Positions 12,394 through 25,360 of a stretch of 64,000 bases of DNA are shown here, piece by piece (position 1 is the first letter of the stretch; the number at the start of each line of letters is the position of its first letter). A program made the position numbers and the translations under genes. The stretch is from Octopus vulgaris (Eukaryota). Where the stretch lies: NCBI GenBank assembly GCA_951406725.2, contig OX597840.1, positions 30,132,001-30,196,000 of the forward strand, read 5' to 3'. The notes below the pieces were generated by a model. The model worked only from the letters and a program-made list of their open reading frames with translations, was not told the origin of the DNA and did not search any database.

Positions 12394-12564
12394 AGGGCTT
12401 ACATGCCTGTAGCTTAGCAGTTTGGCAAGAGAGACCGATAGAATAAGTACTAGGCTTACAAAGAATAAGTCCTGGGGTCGATTTGCTTGACTAAAGGCGA
12501 TGCTCTAGCATGGCCACAGTCACACGACTGAAACAAGTAAAAGAATAAAAGAATATATATGTAT

Positions 12565-12762
12565 ATGAGGGTAAGCGGAAAAGTTCCTGCCTTTGGGTAA
12601 AAGAAAACACAGGAGGATCAGTTAATTATGATTTTATTGAACATATTCCCCTCTGAAAATCACACACTTATTGCAGTGGTCCTTCAGTTTTTCTAAGCCC
12701 TGTAAAAGAACTCAAAAGCTTGGGCCTCCAACCAGGCCTTTCATGATACCCTTAAAGCCAGA
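12565..12762. mobile_element. mariner-like transposon end fragment
   Basis: TATGAGGGTAAGCGGAAAAGTTCC terminus resembling TACGAGGG mariner TIRs; only one end seen. Confidence 0.4.
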
Positions 12763-13529
12763 AATGGTCAGAGAACATATCAATCAATCTTTATTACATG
12801 AATACCCCTAACGAACACTACAAGAGTTCTACCAATATTACCGTTTTCCTTTTTGTTTTCCTCTTCACTAATTAACTTACAGTCATCTCTAAGGATATTT
12901 TCTCTCTTATTATCTGGTTTGAAATTCTTCTTTGTAAACATAATCCTTATCTTAAGAGAAATTACTTTGCTAATCTCTTTATACAAACCTAATTCTAGCC
13001 CAGTTGTATTGCATAAATCTTGGAATCACTATTGCTATTTTTTACACAGATATCCGTACAGTGCTGTTGTAAATGTATATATATATATAACTGGCTTCTG
13101 CCATTGTTAGCGCTTGCCGTAATCTTCTGCAAATCTTGTTTATCTCTTACTTGTTCCAGCCATTAGACTGCGGCCATGCTGGGGCACCACCTTGGAGAAT
13201 TTTTTAGTTGAATGACTGTGTGTGTATGTGTGTGTGTGTGTGTGTTTGTGTGTGTGCATGCATGTGTGTATGTGTGCATTTGTGCATGTATGTGTGTATG
13301 TGTGTGTGTCTTTGTGTTTGTCCTACTCTAATGCTCGACAATTGGTGTTGATTTATGTGTTTGCATCCCTCATCCATTGCTTGACAACTGGTGCTGGTGT
13401 GTTTACGCCCCTGTAACTTAGCTGTTCAGCAAAAAGAGACTGATAGAATAAGTACCAGGCTTAAAAAAACAAAGTACTTGTTTCAACCATTTGTCTGTGG
13501 CCATGTTGCGGCACCACCTTAAGGGATTG

Positions 13530-13805
13530 TGTTACCCAGACCCTTTTCAGTGCTGACAATGCACAAGTCCTTTAAACTGATGGGAGTTGTTGGGGCCACT
13601 GTAGCCATGCAACATATCTAGGGCAAGAAAGCCTGATGGAGCCCATCCCTTTCCAGGCTAAACTCATTTCTACAGGTGAGTGGATTGGAGCAAAGGGAAA
13701 TGGAGTGTTTTACTGAAGAACACAGTGCATCGCCTGGTCCAGGGATTGAAACAAGTCTTACAATCGAGACTCCATCACCCTACCTACTAGGCCATGTGCC
13801 TCCAC
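13530..13805 (-). mobile_element. CORE-like tRNA SINE, distinct tail
   Basis: Minus strand: GGAGGCACATGGCCTAGTAGGTAGGG head, GTTTCAATCCC B-box, TGTGTTCTTCAGTAAAACACTCC central domain. Confidence 0.6.
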
Positions 13806-14849
13806 ACACAGATAGGTATGTGGACATACCTTAATGTCATGTTAACCAGTCCCCGACTTTTTAAGGGTTAAATATCCCCTCTGTCTCAAGGATAAGTTTG
13901 TAATTGCATTGCTGATGAGAGGGTCTGTGCATTGTTGATTGACTCTCTAGAAATAGTAGCTAAATCTTCCTAAAATCACACCCTGCTATACTGATTTTGA
14001 AAGTCCTATACTGCAGATATTCACACCTTTTGCCATATCCTAAGCCATGCAAAAGAACAATTCAAATTGTGTTGTTTGGAGGGGAGAACAGTAACTATTG
14101 AGAAAAGGTTGGTAGTCTTTATGGTATTTCCTAGCTTTGGCACAAGGCCAGCAATTTTAAGGGGCAGGACAACTCAATTACACTAACTCCATCATTGCTT
14201 GGTACTTATATTGTCAGCCCCAAAAGGAGGAAAGGCAAAGTTGACCTTGACTAAATTTGAACTCAGAATGTAAAGGGACAAAAATTATACTACCACAGTT
14301 TAAATAATACTGCTATTTGAGGGGTGGGGTCAGAGACTGAAGACAAGCCCTCTTCTTTGTCTAAACTTATTTTAGAGAGCTATTGTTAAAAGACTTCCTG
14401 TTGGTATTATGTTTGAGTTATCATGTTTCATCAACAAAATTTCTCTGGATTTTTTATTTTATTTCTTGTAACTTACTGACAGTTGAAACCTCATGTGGTG
14501 AGTTAGAGTTCTGTAATATTACTTATTAATGGTTCGTTTATTGTTATATATTTATTTACTAATTATTTAATCGATACCTAGATATTAATATCTTGTAAAA
14601 ATATATACAAGAACACTTCTTGTCAAACTGTCATGTCACTTACATCTTCACAAGTGAAAGTAAGATGACAAAACAAAAATTAACAAGTGGCAATCATATT
14701 TATAATGTACACCAACGATCTTTATAATGTATCAAAACAGGTCGTTTTCAACCATTTTCATGCAATAGTTATATTCTCTTGACTGTTATACTGGACTAAC
14801 TCTATTTTAATGAAATCTCTAGTGTCTAACAATGAGACTGAGACCTTTG

Positions 14850-15322
14850 GAGATATGCTGTGATTGAGAAGACCTGGAAACTAAAGATCGCAGCCATGCA
14901 TGTCCAACCCAGTTAAGAGTAACCCTGATGCATTGGGCAATATGATATTCTTGAGAAGACCTGTTGAGTCAAGTGAAACCAAAGTCGTAGCTGGGGGCCA
15001 GTGCCCCCTCACTGGCTCCCGTGCTGGTGGCACAGAAAAGCACCATTTGAACATGGCCAATGCCAGTAACCCCTGACAGGCTTCCGTGCCAGTGACACAT
15101 AAAAAGCACCACACCAGGCCTGCCTGACTGGCTCTTGTGCCAGAGGCATGTAAAAAGCACTCACTACACTCTCAGTCGTTGGCATTAGGAAGGGCATCCA
15201 GCTATAGAAACCTTGCCAGATCAGATTAGAACCTGGTGCAGCCACTGGTTCCCCAGACTTCAGTCAAACCGTCCAACCCATGCCAGAATGGCAAACAGAC
15301 GTTAAACGATGATGATAATGAT
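14850..15322 (+). mobile_element. repeat C, long copy with sub-repeats
   Basis: GGAAGGGCATCCAGCTATAGAAAC and ACGTTAAACGATGATGAT tail. Confidence 0.7.
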
Positions 15323-15329
15323 ATGTATA

Positions 15330-15811
15330 TCTTTTCTCTTTTACTTTTTTCAGTTATTTGACAGCAGCCATGCTGGAGCACCACCTTGAGGTATTTTAGT
15401 CAAACTAATCAACCCCAGGACTTATTTACCTTTTTTAGGTCTGGTACTTATTCTATCGGGCACTATTGCCAAACTGCTATGTCACAGGGATGTAAACACA
15501 CTAATACTGGTTGTCAAGCAGTGGTCGTGGGAACAAACATAGACACAAAGGCACACACGAACACATACACATACACACACAGATACAAACACACACGCAC
15601 ACGCACACACACACACACACAGATACAAACACACACGCACACACACACACACACACACTTTGGGCTTTTTTCCATTTCTGTCTACCAAATCCACTCACAA
15701 GGCTTTGGTCAGCCATGGTAGAAGACACTTGCACCAGGTGCCAACCAGTGGGACTGAACCTGGAACCATGTGGTTGAGAAGCAAGCTCCTTACCACACAA
15801 CCATGACTGCA
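15330..15811 (-). mobile_element. older SINE-A subfamily copy
   Basis: Diverged match to the SINE-A consensus with an expanded (CA)n centre. Confidence 0.75.
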
Positions 15812-15822
15812 TATATATATAT

Positions 15823-16195
15823 ATACAAAATTTAGAGGACTGACCACTAAAAGTGGACAGCCTATATGCTAGACATAGATGTCAAATCGCCATTACCACG
15901 AAGAATGTGTTCTCAAGAAAAATCTCAGCAAAAAAACAAAATGCAAAATTAAGCAAGACAATGGCGGTGCCCCAGCATGGCCACAGCTCGTGAGCTGAAA
16001 CTAGATAAAATAAAAAATTCTAAAAAAAAATGAAAATATACAAAATACTTTTTCATTTGTCTTACTTATTTTTACATTTTGGTTTTTTGCTGAGATTTTT
16101 CTTGAGAACATATTCTTCATGGTAATGGCAATTTGACATCTATGTTTAGCATATGGGCTGTCCACTTCTATTGGTCAGTTCTCTAAATTTTGTAT
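15823..16195. repeat. long imperfect inverted repeat (~139-bp arms)
   Basis: 15823-15961 is the reverse complement of 16057-16195 with scattered mismatches; flanked by (TA)n. Confidence 0.85.
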
Positions 16196-16281
16196 GTAAA
16201 AAAATTTTTAATGTTCGGATTTCTTAAAAATATGCTAAGCCACTGGTTTTAATTCATTAATATCAATTTCTACCCTTATTC

Positions 16282-16318
<37 letters not shown>

Positions 16319-18029
16319 TATCATCATCATCATACATCCATTTTCCATACTGGCATGGATTGGGCAGTTTGATTAGGCAGAAGCCTGTATTGGGTTTCAA
16401 TTAACACTCAATAGACATTTAATTTACCTTTATGCATCATGAGCATAATATCACCAGAGCAAAAAGAAAAAAAAAACAATATACCTTTGCTATATGTTTG
16501 TTTGGGAATTCGTTTTAGCAGACTGAATGCTACAGTTTATGATATGTATTGTTATATACACAGAGTATGCTGAGTGCTTTTTATGCGCCACTGGCATGGG
16601 TGCATTTATGCAACACTGGCACAAGTGCACTGGCACCTGCAAAAGACAAGCTTGTATGTATGGATGACAGAGATTTTACTCAGCTTGACATGAAATTAAA
16701 TATGTTTTATTAAGGAAGGTGGTGAGTTGACGAAATTGTTACAGTATCTCGCAAAATGCTTTGAACTTAGAACATAATGACTGACAAAATGCCTAAAACT
16801 CCACCAAAGTCAAGTTTGCTTTCATTTTTTCATGGTTGATAAAACAAGAATGTAATCTTGTGTAATCGATTTACACTCTGCCCAAAATTGCTGGCCTTGT
16901 GCCAAAGTTTAAAACCTGATATGTTTTACCCATAACAGAAAAGTTGAAAACAGAAAAATTTTGAATCAATATAAATGCCAATGACTCAACTCATATAATT
17001 CAAACCCCACAAATTAAAAAAAAAAAATAGTTTTTCCTTTATCTTTATTATTTTTATATATTTATTTTTTTTTGAGTATCACAAATTTATAAGCAATATT
17101 TCAGAAAAAAAAAAACATAAATACAATTTTGTTATTTCAGAGAAAAAATTTCCTTAGGATAAATTATTATTCAAAATCTGATCTAAAATTGGAGAATAAA
17201 TAATTTTGTAAAATATAGATATCACTAAAAAAAAAGAAGAAATTGTTTTTATGAATATATATATGTTTGTGTCTGTGTTTGTATATGTAAATGGGTAAAA
17301 ATGCATACATACACACACACACGCACACATATATATATATATGTGTATGTATGTATGTACATGTATGTGTGTATGTACATAGTTATATTACTTGTTCTTT
17401 AAATATATCTTGTTTATCATCACAACATAACTCTGTATATCTTTCACTATCATAATCATGATCATCACCATCACTCTTGTTTTATCATGTGAAAAGACAA
17501 AAAAGAAGTAAAAGGTATGAAAGCTGTCAGATATGAAATGAAATATCTCTCATGATTCTAAGTCACTGCTTTACACAAGATACAGAGCTTCTGCTCTGCT
17601 GAGTTGCCTTATACTGTTTTTAGAGTCAACTCACTTGTCATCCTTCCTGAGCTGAATGCTAAATACAAACACCCCGAGAAGTATCTGCTTCATCTGCATG
17701 ATATGTAGCCTTATGTTGATGCTTTACAGTACAACACTAATACATACAGTAGTGCACCTAACAACCAATGAATGAGCCTCTCTTCTCTCCTACTTTATTC
17801 TGTTACAGTGTTTAGCGCTGCACTGAACAAGCTATTTGCACATGACCTAAGTTTACATGTTACATATTTAGTTTTTTCTTTTAAAGAAACAAACTTTGGT
17901 TTGTGATAGGAGAGAGGATACCATACATTCCAACTATTTTTCTTTTTTCACTTTTTAGTGTTTCAACCTTGGAGTCTCTTATTCAACTATACATCCATCC
18001 ATACATACACACATATGTATGTACGTACA

Positions 18030-18440
18030 TTATGGCTGCCCCTTCATTATCGAGTATGGCCATTGCACGAAGCTTAACCGTTACTGGTGCTGTGATCGAA
18101 TGTGACTTTTTAGCCCAGCTAAAGATCTACAATGTCTTGTACAGAATTGGCAACTAAAACCTTTACCGGTAATAGCCGGCTGTAGTTGTAGCTGGGCTTC
18201 ATGTACCTTTGCATGTCGTTTAAGTCCTCCTGCCGAATTACACTCTCTTCCACATGCCCGACAGATATGATTAGTATGGTGTGTTACACCACCACCAGTG
18301 GCCAGGTTGTCACTCATCTGTCTCGTTTTATGACTACGAAGACTACTGAGGCAGGGTCTTGCACAGACACTGCATGTCAGAATCAAAGGAAGACCCTTCC
18401 CTTCTGGAAGTGTAACAGCGATGCCCTTCCTGACATCACA
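18030..18440 (-). pseudogene. 3' end of an RTE-like LINE with three C-terminal C2H2-type zinc-finger motifs
   Basis: CSVC...RSH, CRACGRECNSAGGLKRHAKVH and CQFCTRHCRSLAGLKSHIRSQH, then a short 3' UTR running into (TACA)n; no TGEKP linkers. Confidence 0.65.
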
Positions 18441-18476
18441 TACATACATGCAGTCATGCATATATATATATATATA

Positions 18477-18733
18477 TATATAATATAATTCGAGACAAAA
18501 CCACTATTTTAAAACCAAACAAGGAAAGACTTAATCAATACATAAAATTTTAATATAAATTAAATAAATTTGATACTGATTAGAAGATCGAAAATCCACC
18601 TGAAGATTGTCGGAGCAGACATGAAACATTTGTAGTGGCGGTTTATTTAATTTATATTAAAATTTTATGTATTGATTAAGTCTTTCCTTGTTTGGTTTTA
18701 AAATAGTGGTTTTGTCTCAATTATATTATATAA
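18477..18733. repeat. inverted repeat (~90-bp arms) enclosing a hammerhead motif
   Basis: 18477-18568 is the reverse complement of 18642-18733. Confidence 0.85.
18596..18638 (+). ncRNA. type I minimal hammerhead ribozyme motif
   Basis: CCAC-CTGAAGA-T-TGTC-GGAGCA-GACA-T-GAA-ACATTTGT-A-GTGG: stem I CCAC/GTGG, intact CUGANGA, GAAA and GUA. Confidence 0.7.
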
Positions 18734-18802
18734 TATTTTACTATAAAATTGGATTTAACCCTAAATCTGATTTTTCCCTGTAATTTTGGATTCATTCCCT
18801 AA

Positions 18803-18849
<47 letters not shown>

Positions 18850-19104
18850 TGGCCAACTTTCAGTTTCTATCTACCGAATTCATTTACAAGGTTTTGGTCT
18901 CTGCAGGCCTGGAAGTGAAGACCCTTGCTTAAGGGCTGTGCAGTGGGATTGGCTCCAAAGACATGTGACTGGGAAACAATAAACTTCTTAAATGACACAC
19001 ACACACACACACACGCACACATACATACACAAATACACACACTTTTTCTTTCTCTCTCTCTCTTACATAAATATACGTATACACTCTCTCTCTCACATAC
19101 ACAC

Positions 19105-19470
19105 ATACACTCTCTCTTTCACTCTCTCTCTCTCACACATATGCACACTTCTCTCTCTCTCTCTCTCCCTCTTTCTCTCTCTATTTCTCTCTATTTCTCT
19201 CTATTTCTCTCTCTCTCTATTTCTCTCTATTTCTCTCTCTCTCTCCCTCTTTCTCTCTCTCTCCCCCTCTTTCTCTCTCTATTCTCTCTCTCTCTCCCTC
19301 TTTCTCTTTCTCTCTCTCCCTCTTTCTCTCTCTATTTCTCTCTCTCTCTCCCTCTTTCTCTCTCTCTCCCCCTCTTTCTCTCTCTATTTCTCTCTCTCTC
19401 TCCCTCTTTCTCTTTCTCTCTCTCCCTCTTTCTCTCTCTATTTCTCTCTCTCTCTCTTTCTCTTTCAGAC
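19105..19470. repeat. (CT)n polypyrimidine tract with higher-order substructure
   Basis: Directly visible; recurring CTATTTCTCT and CTCCCTCTTT variants. Confidence 0.9.
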
Positions 19471-19932
19471 AAACATACACTGTTCTATCTCATCCATACA
19501 CATACACTCTCTCTCTCTTTCTCCCTCAGTCACACACATACACACACACAATATATTATATTACCCAAACTGAATCCTAAATGCAGACATAATCGATATT
19601 CAATGAATTTTAAACTGGATTCCTTGCATTTTCCAAAGACATGATTCCAATCCACTCTCTTTGACAGAGCCATAGGAAATTCTAATTTACTCAGAACCGA
19701 AATCTATATTTGTTTCAATATTGAGTTCAACTATGAAATAATGTTATTCCTAGTCAAAGTTAATATTGTATGGAGATATTGAAATCCAATAAGGTGAGAT
19801 GTGAAAGGTTGAAGTCAGAGAAAATTATGGAAAATATTTAATTCCATTGATCTTTAACCTGGGTATTTTATTTGAAATGGTTAAATTTGAGACTTCTTTA
19901 CTCTGAGACGTCTTGGATTTACCTTAAGATAA

Positions 19933-20681
19933 TAGGCGCAGGAGTGGCTGTGTGGTAAGTAGCTTGCTTACCAACCACATGGTTCCGGGTTCAGTCCCAC
20001 TGCGTGGCACCTTGGGCAAGTGTCTTCTACTATAGCCTCAGACCGACCAAAGCCTTGTGAGTGGATTTGGTAGACGGAAACCGAAAGAAGCTCATCGTAT
20101 ATATGTATATATATATATATATATATATAGGTGTTGGAATGGCTGTGTGGTATGTAGCTTGCTTACGAACCACATGGTTCCAGGTTCAGTCCCACTGCAT
20201 GGCACCTTGGGCAAGTGTCTTCTACTATAGCCTCAGACCGACCAAAGCCTTGTGAGTGGATTTGGTAGACGGAAACCGAAAGAAGCTCATCGTATATATG
20301 CATAGATATATATATATATATATATATAGGTGTTGGAATGGCTGTGTGGTATGTAGCTTGCTTACGAACCACATGGTTCCGGGTTCAGTCCCACTGCATG
20401 GCACCTTGGGCAAGTGTTTTCTACTATAGCCTCGGGTATATATATGTATGTGTGTGTCTATGTTTGTGTGTCTGCGTTTGTTCCCCTAGCATTGCTTGAC
20501 AACCGATGCTGGTGTGTTTATGTCCCCGTCATGTAGCGGTTCGGCAAAAGAGACTGATAGAATAAGTACTGGGCTTACAAAGAATAAGTCCCGGGGTCGA
20601 GTTGCTCGATTAAAGGCGGTGCTCCAGCATGGCCGCAGTCAACTGACGGAAACAAGTAAAAGAGTAAAGAGTAAAAGAGTA
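19933..20681 (+). mobile_element. SINE-A with triplicated 5' half
   Basis: Heads at about 19934, 20128 and 20327, then one 3' half. Confidence 0.9.
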
Positions 20682-20903
20682 TAATAATAATAGTTTTTAA
20701 TGTCAGCACTAGGCCAGAAAGTTTTGGGGAGAGAGTAAGTCGATTTCATTGATCCCAGTATACAACTGGTATTTATTTTATCAACCCTGAAAGGATGAAC
20801 GGCAAAGCTGACCTCAGCAGATTTTGAAACCAGAATGTAAAGACAGACGAAATGCTGCTAGGCCTTTGGTTCAATGTGCAAACAGTTCTGCCAACTCACT
20901 GCC

Positions 20904-21133
20904 TTAACCCTTTTGTTACCAACCCAGCCGAAACCGGTTCTGGCTCTGTGGCAAAATGTCTTGTTTTCATAAGTTTTGAATTAAAATCTTCCACCAAAAC
21001 CTTAGTCACAATTTATGTTCCTAACACTAGCTAAATGATAACTAAGTTATTTTACTAAATTCTTTGTTATATTTAAAATTAATTGAGAGAAACACAGAGC
21101 ATCTCAACAGAAATATGGTAACAAAAGGGTTAA
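20904..21133. mobile_element. piggyBac-like MITE, copy 1
   Basis: TTAA-CCCTTTTGTTACCA...TGGTAACAAAAGGG-TTAA; TIR plus TTAA TSD. Confidence 0.85.
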
Positions 21134-21149
21134 AGTCACCATGATATTT

Positions 21150-21378
21150 TTAACCCTTTTGATACCAACCTAGTTGAAACCGGCTCTGGCTCTGTAGTAC
21201 AAATGTCTTGTTTTCATAAGTTCTGAATTAAAATCTTCCACCAAACCTTAGTCACAATTTATGTTCCTAACACTAGCTGAATGATAACTAAGTTATTTTG
21301 CTAAATTCTTTGTTATATTTAAAGTAATTGAAAGAAACACAGAGCACCTCAATAGAAATATGGTAACAAAAGGGTTAA
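21150..21378. mobile_element. piggyBac-like MITE, copy 2
   Basis: TTAA-CCCTTTTGATACCA...TGGTAACAAAAGGG-TTAA. Confidence 0.85.
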
Positions 21379-21401
21379 AATATATAATAGAGAAAAAATT
21401 C

Positions 21402-21630
21402 TTAACCCTTTTGATACCAACCTGCCTGAAACCAGCTCTGGCTCTGAGTACAAATGTCTTGTTTTCATAAGTTTTGAATAAAAATCTTCCACCAAAACCT
21501 TAGTCACAATTTATGTTCCTAACACTAGTTTAATGATAACTAAGTTATTTTACTAAATTCTTTGTTATATTTAAAGTAATTGAACGAATCACAGGGCATC
21601 TCAAAATAAATACGGTAATGAAAGGGTTAA
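21402..21630. mobile_element. piggyBac-like MITE, copy 3
   Basis: TTAA-CCCTTTTGATACC...GGTAATGAAAGGG-TTAA. Confidence 0.85.
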
Positions 21631-21936
21631 TAATAATAATGGTAATAATAATTATAATTATAATGAGTTTGATTCCCACACTGGGCTGCATGTTGTGTTC
21701 TTGAGCAAGACACTTTATTGCTCCAGTTGAATCAGCTGTAGAAATGAGTTGTGACATCACTGGTGCCAAGCTGTATCAGTCTTTGACTTACCCTTGGATA
21801 ACATCAGTGGTAAGGGGAGGGGACGTTGGTATGCATGGGCGACTGCTGACCTTCCACAAAAACGATCTTTCCTGGACTTGTGCTTTGGAGAGGAAATTTT
21901 TAGATGCAATAATTACCCAATAATTATGATGATAAA

Positions 21937-21989
<53 letters not shown>

Positions 21990-21994
21990 TAATG

Positions 21995-22027
<33 letters not shown>

Positions 22028-22077
22028 GCAATAATTATAATAATGGTTTCGGATTTTAGCACAAGGCTAGCAACTTA

Positions 22078-22427
22078 CTGTGGCCATGCTGGAGCACCGC
22101 CTTTATTCGAGCAAATCGACCCCAAGACTTATTCTTTGTAAGCCTAGTACTTATTCTATTGGTCTCTATTGCCAAACCGCTAAGTTACGGTTGTCAAGCG
22201 ATGCTGGTGGGACAGACACACACACACAAACATACACATGCACACATATATACATATATACAATGGGCTTCTATTTTTTTAGTTTCCGTCTACCAAATCC
22301 ACTCACAAGGCTTTGGTTGGCCTGAGGCTATAGTAGAAGACACTTGCCCAAGGTGCCACACAGTGGGACTGAACCCGGAACTATGCTGTTGGTAAGCAAG
22401 CTACTTACCACACAGCCACTCCTGCAT
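22078..22427 (-). mobile_element. SINE-A
   Basis: Consensus match with an internal deletion. Confidence 0.8.
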
Positions 22428-22583
22428 ACATATTACGTAAAATACCACCTGGGGTCCTTGTTTTGACTTGACAGACAGTACGAACCCCACAGTAAACATA
22501 ATATCTTCAATCCACAACATCGCAATATTAGATACTGTGTGATGTCTGCAGTAATGATAATAATAATAATAATAATAATAATA

Positions 22584-22614
<31 letters not shown>

Positions 22615-22657
22615 TTGTAATAATAATAATAGTAATAATAATAATAGCAATAATTAT

Positions 22658-22781
22658 ATCCTATGCAGAACACTTTCCATACAATAACCATCAGAGCATC
22701 ACAACAAATCACAGCACATACCCAAGGCACACAGAGCTGCGCTCGGTAGTGAAGTGAAAGCACGCTATAAAAATAAAACTA

Positions 22782-22784
<3 letters not shown>
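22658..22784 (+). mobile_element. very short Dong/R4-type LINE 3' end in (TAA)n
   Basis: Matches 11577-11703. Confidence 0.85.
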
Positions 22785-22854
<70 letters not shown>

Positions 22855-22895
22855 GCAATAATAATAATAATAATAATAGTAATAATAATAATAGC

Positions 22896-22947
<52 letters not shown>

Positions 22948-22976
22948 GTAATAATAATGATGATAATAATAGTAGC

Positions 22977-23022
<46 letters not shown>

Positions 23023-23054
23023 GCAATAATAATAATGATGATAATAATAATAGC

Positions 23055-23097
<43 letters not shown>

Positions 23098-23177
23098 GCA
23101 ATAATAATAATTATAATAATAGTAATAATAATAATAGCAATAATAATAATAATAATAATGATAATAATAATAATAGC

Positions 23178-23220
<43 letters not shown>

Positions 23221-23235
23221 GCAATAACAATAATA
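22785..23235. repeat. (TAA)n microsatellite
   Basis: Directly visible. Confidence 0.95.
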
Positions 23236-23793
23236 AATGCCCTGATGCAGTACCAGGCAGTGGCTCTCATGGCTTCTGATCTTAACTGATTGGAAGTGTT
23301 ATCATGTACATTGTTTTGTCTTGGTATAAAAGATGGGCTACAGCAAATATTCTGCTCAATACCACAGATTTGCTTGTCAGTTGTTTGACCTTAACCAGTT
23401 GAGCATGTCCCTTAGTGGCTGACGATATGTGCATCTCTGATCACGAGCAGAAGTAGTGGGGGAGCATCATAGCCACGTGTTGAGAAGGATTCTTTGGGGT
23501 TTGAATAATTCACCTCTGGAAACATGGGTGGTTCATTCAACATCCTTAAACAACCCTTATTCAGGGACCTTTTGAGCGGGTTGGGCTACTCAACCTGAAG
23601 AAAATTCTAACTGGGCCCCACCTGCAAGGTCATGCACTGTTTATCTTGATATGAGATCAGCATGTCGCGCACATATGGTTGTGATGCATGTGCCTGGTGT
23701 ACCCTTATCAGACGGGCAGTCATGATGGGTATATTGGGCTTCGTATATTTTACCCCAGTGTCACTTTGATGGCATGCACTACTCTCTCACTCA
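23236..23793 (+). mobile_element. probable retroelement 3' segment embedded in (TAA)n
   Basis: ~560-bp higher-GC island with sharp borders and (TAA)n on both sides; single copy in the window, family not identified. Confidence 0.45.
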
Positions 23794-23855
23794 ATAATAA
23801 TAATAATAATAATAGTAATAATAATAATGATAATAATAGTAATAATAATAATAGC

Positions 23856-23895
<40 letters not shown>

Positions 23896-24164
23896 GTAAT
23901 AATAATAATTTCTGTCTAATCCATTGAAATAATTAAGATAGAATTTGTTCTGTTTATATAAATATTACAAGAAAAATACATCTTTTATATTAAAATGTTT
24001 TGAATGAAATAAAATTTGAAAAAAAACAACCAAGAAAAAACATTAGCAGAAACCGCTTTAAAAAGCATCAGAATATGTTTATATATTTATATTTATAAAA
24101 TGTAATTAAACGAAAATATCCGTTAATAGACATTAATTTTATCAATAATTATTTAGTGGATTTG

Positions 24165-25360
24165 TGCACTACTACTACTGCGCTATCACCAATACTACAA
24201 CACCAACCAGTACCATTGGTATTAGTACTATTAACACAACAAATGTCATCACCACCTCCACCACCAACACCAACTACAAGAATATCATCACTATCACTAC
24301 AACCATTACTACTGCTGCTGCTGCTGCTGCTACTACTACTACTACTACTACAACTACTAATACCAGCTGTGTCACTACCATCACTATTGCCAGCTGCACC
24401 AGTAAGAATAACATGCTGCCACCATTACTGCTACTATTACTGCTGTTACTACTATCACTACCACCATCACCACCATTACAACCACCACCACCACCACTAC
24501 TACCAACACCATCACTACTTCAACCACCATCACCACCACCACCACCACCACCACCACCACTACAACCACCACCACCACCACCACTACTACAACCACCACC
24601 ACCACCACTACTACAACCACCACCAACACCACCACCATCACCACCACTACAACCCCACCACCACCACAACTACTACTACCACTACCACCACCAACACTAC
24701 TACCACCACCAGCACTACTACACCACCACCACCAGCACTACTACCACCACAACCACCACCACCACTACTACAACCATTACCACCATCCCTACTACTACTA
24801 CTACTACCACCACCACCACCACTACTACAACCATTACCACCATTACAACCACCACCACCAGCACCACCAGAACTACTACCACCACCACCATTACTACTAC
24901 CACCACCACCACCACTACTACCACCATAACCCCCACCAACACTACTACCATCACCACTACCACCAATACTACCACCACAACCACCACCAACACTACCACC
25001 ACCACCACCACCACTAATGCTACCACCACCAACACTACCACCACCAACACTACCACCACCACCACCAACACTACCACCACCACCACCAACACTACCACCA
25101 CCACCACCAACACTACCACCACCACCACCAACACTACCACCACCACAACCAACACCAACACTACTACCACCACCACCACCACCACCACCACAACCACCAC
25201 CACAATCACCACCAACACTACTACCACCACCATCACAACCACCACCACCACCACCACTACCACCACCACCACAACCACCATCACCACTACTACCACCACA
25301 ACCACCACTACCCCCACCACAACAACTACCACCACCACCACCAACACCACCACCACCACA
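24165..25360. repeat. degenerate (ACC/ACT/AAC)n trinucleotide expanse
   Basis: Directly visible; gives Thr-, Pro- and His-rich ORFs in several frames. Confidence 0.9.

Noticed and set aside
13905-13970. CTGATGA-GAGGGTC...GACTCTC-TA-GAAA hammerhead-like string
   Set aside because: Stem II is good, but there are two extra bases before GAAA and I could not form stems I and III or an NUH site
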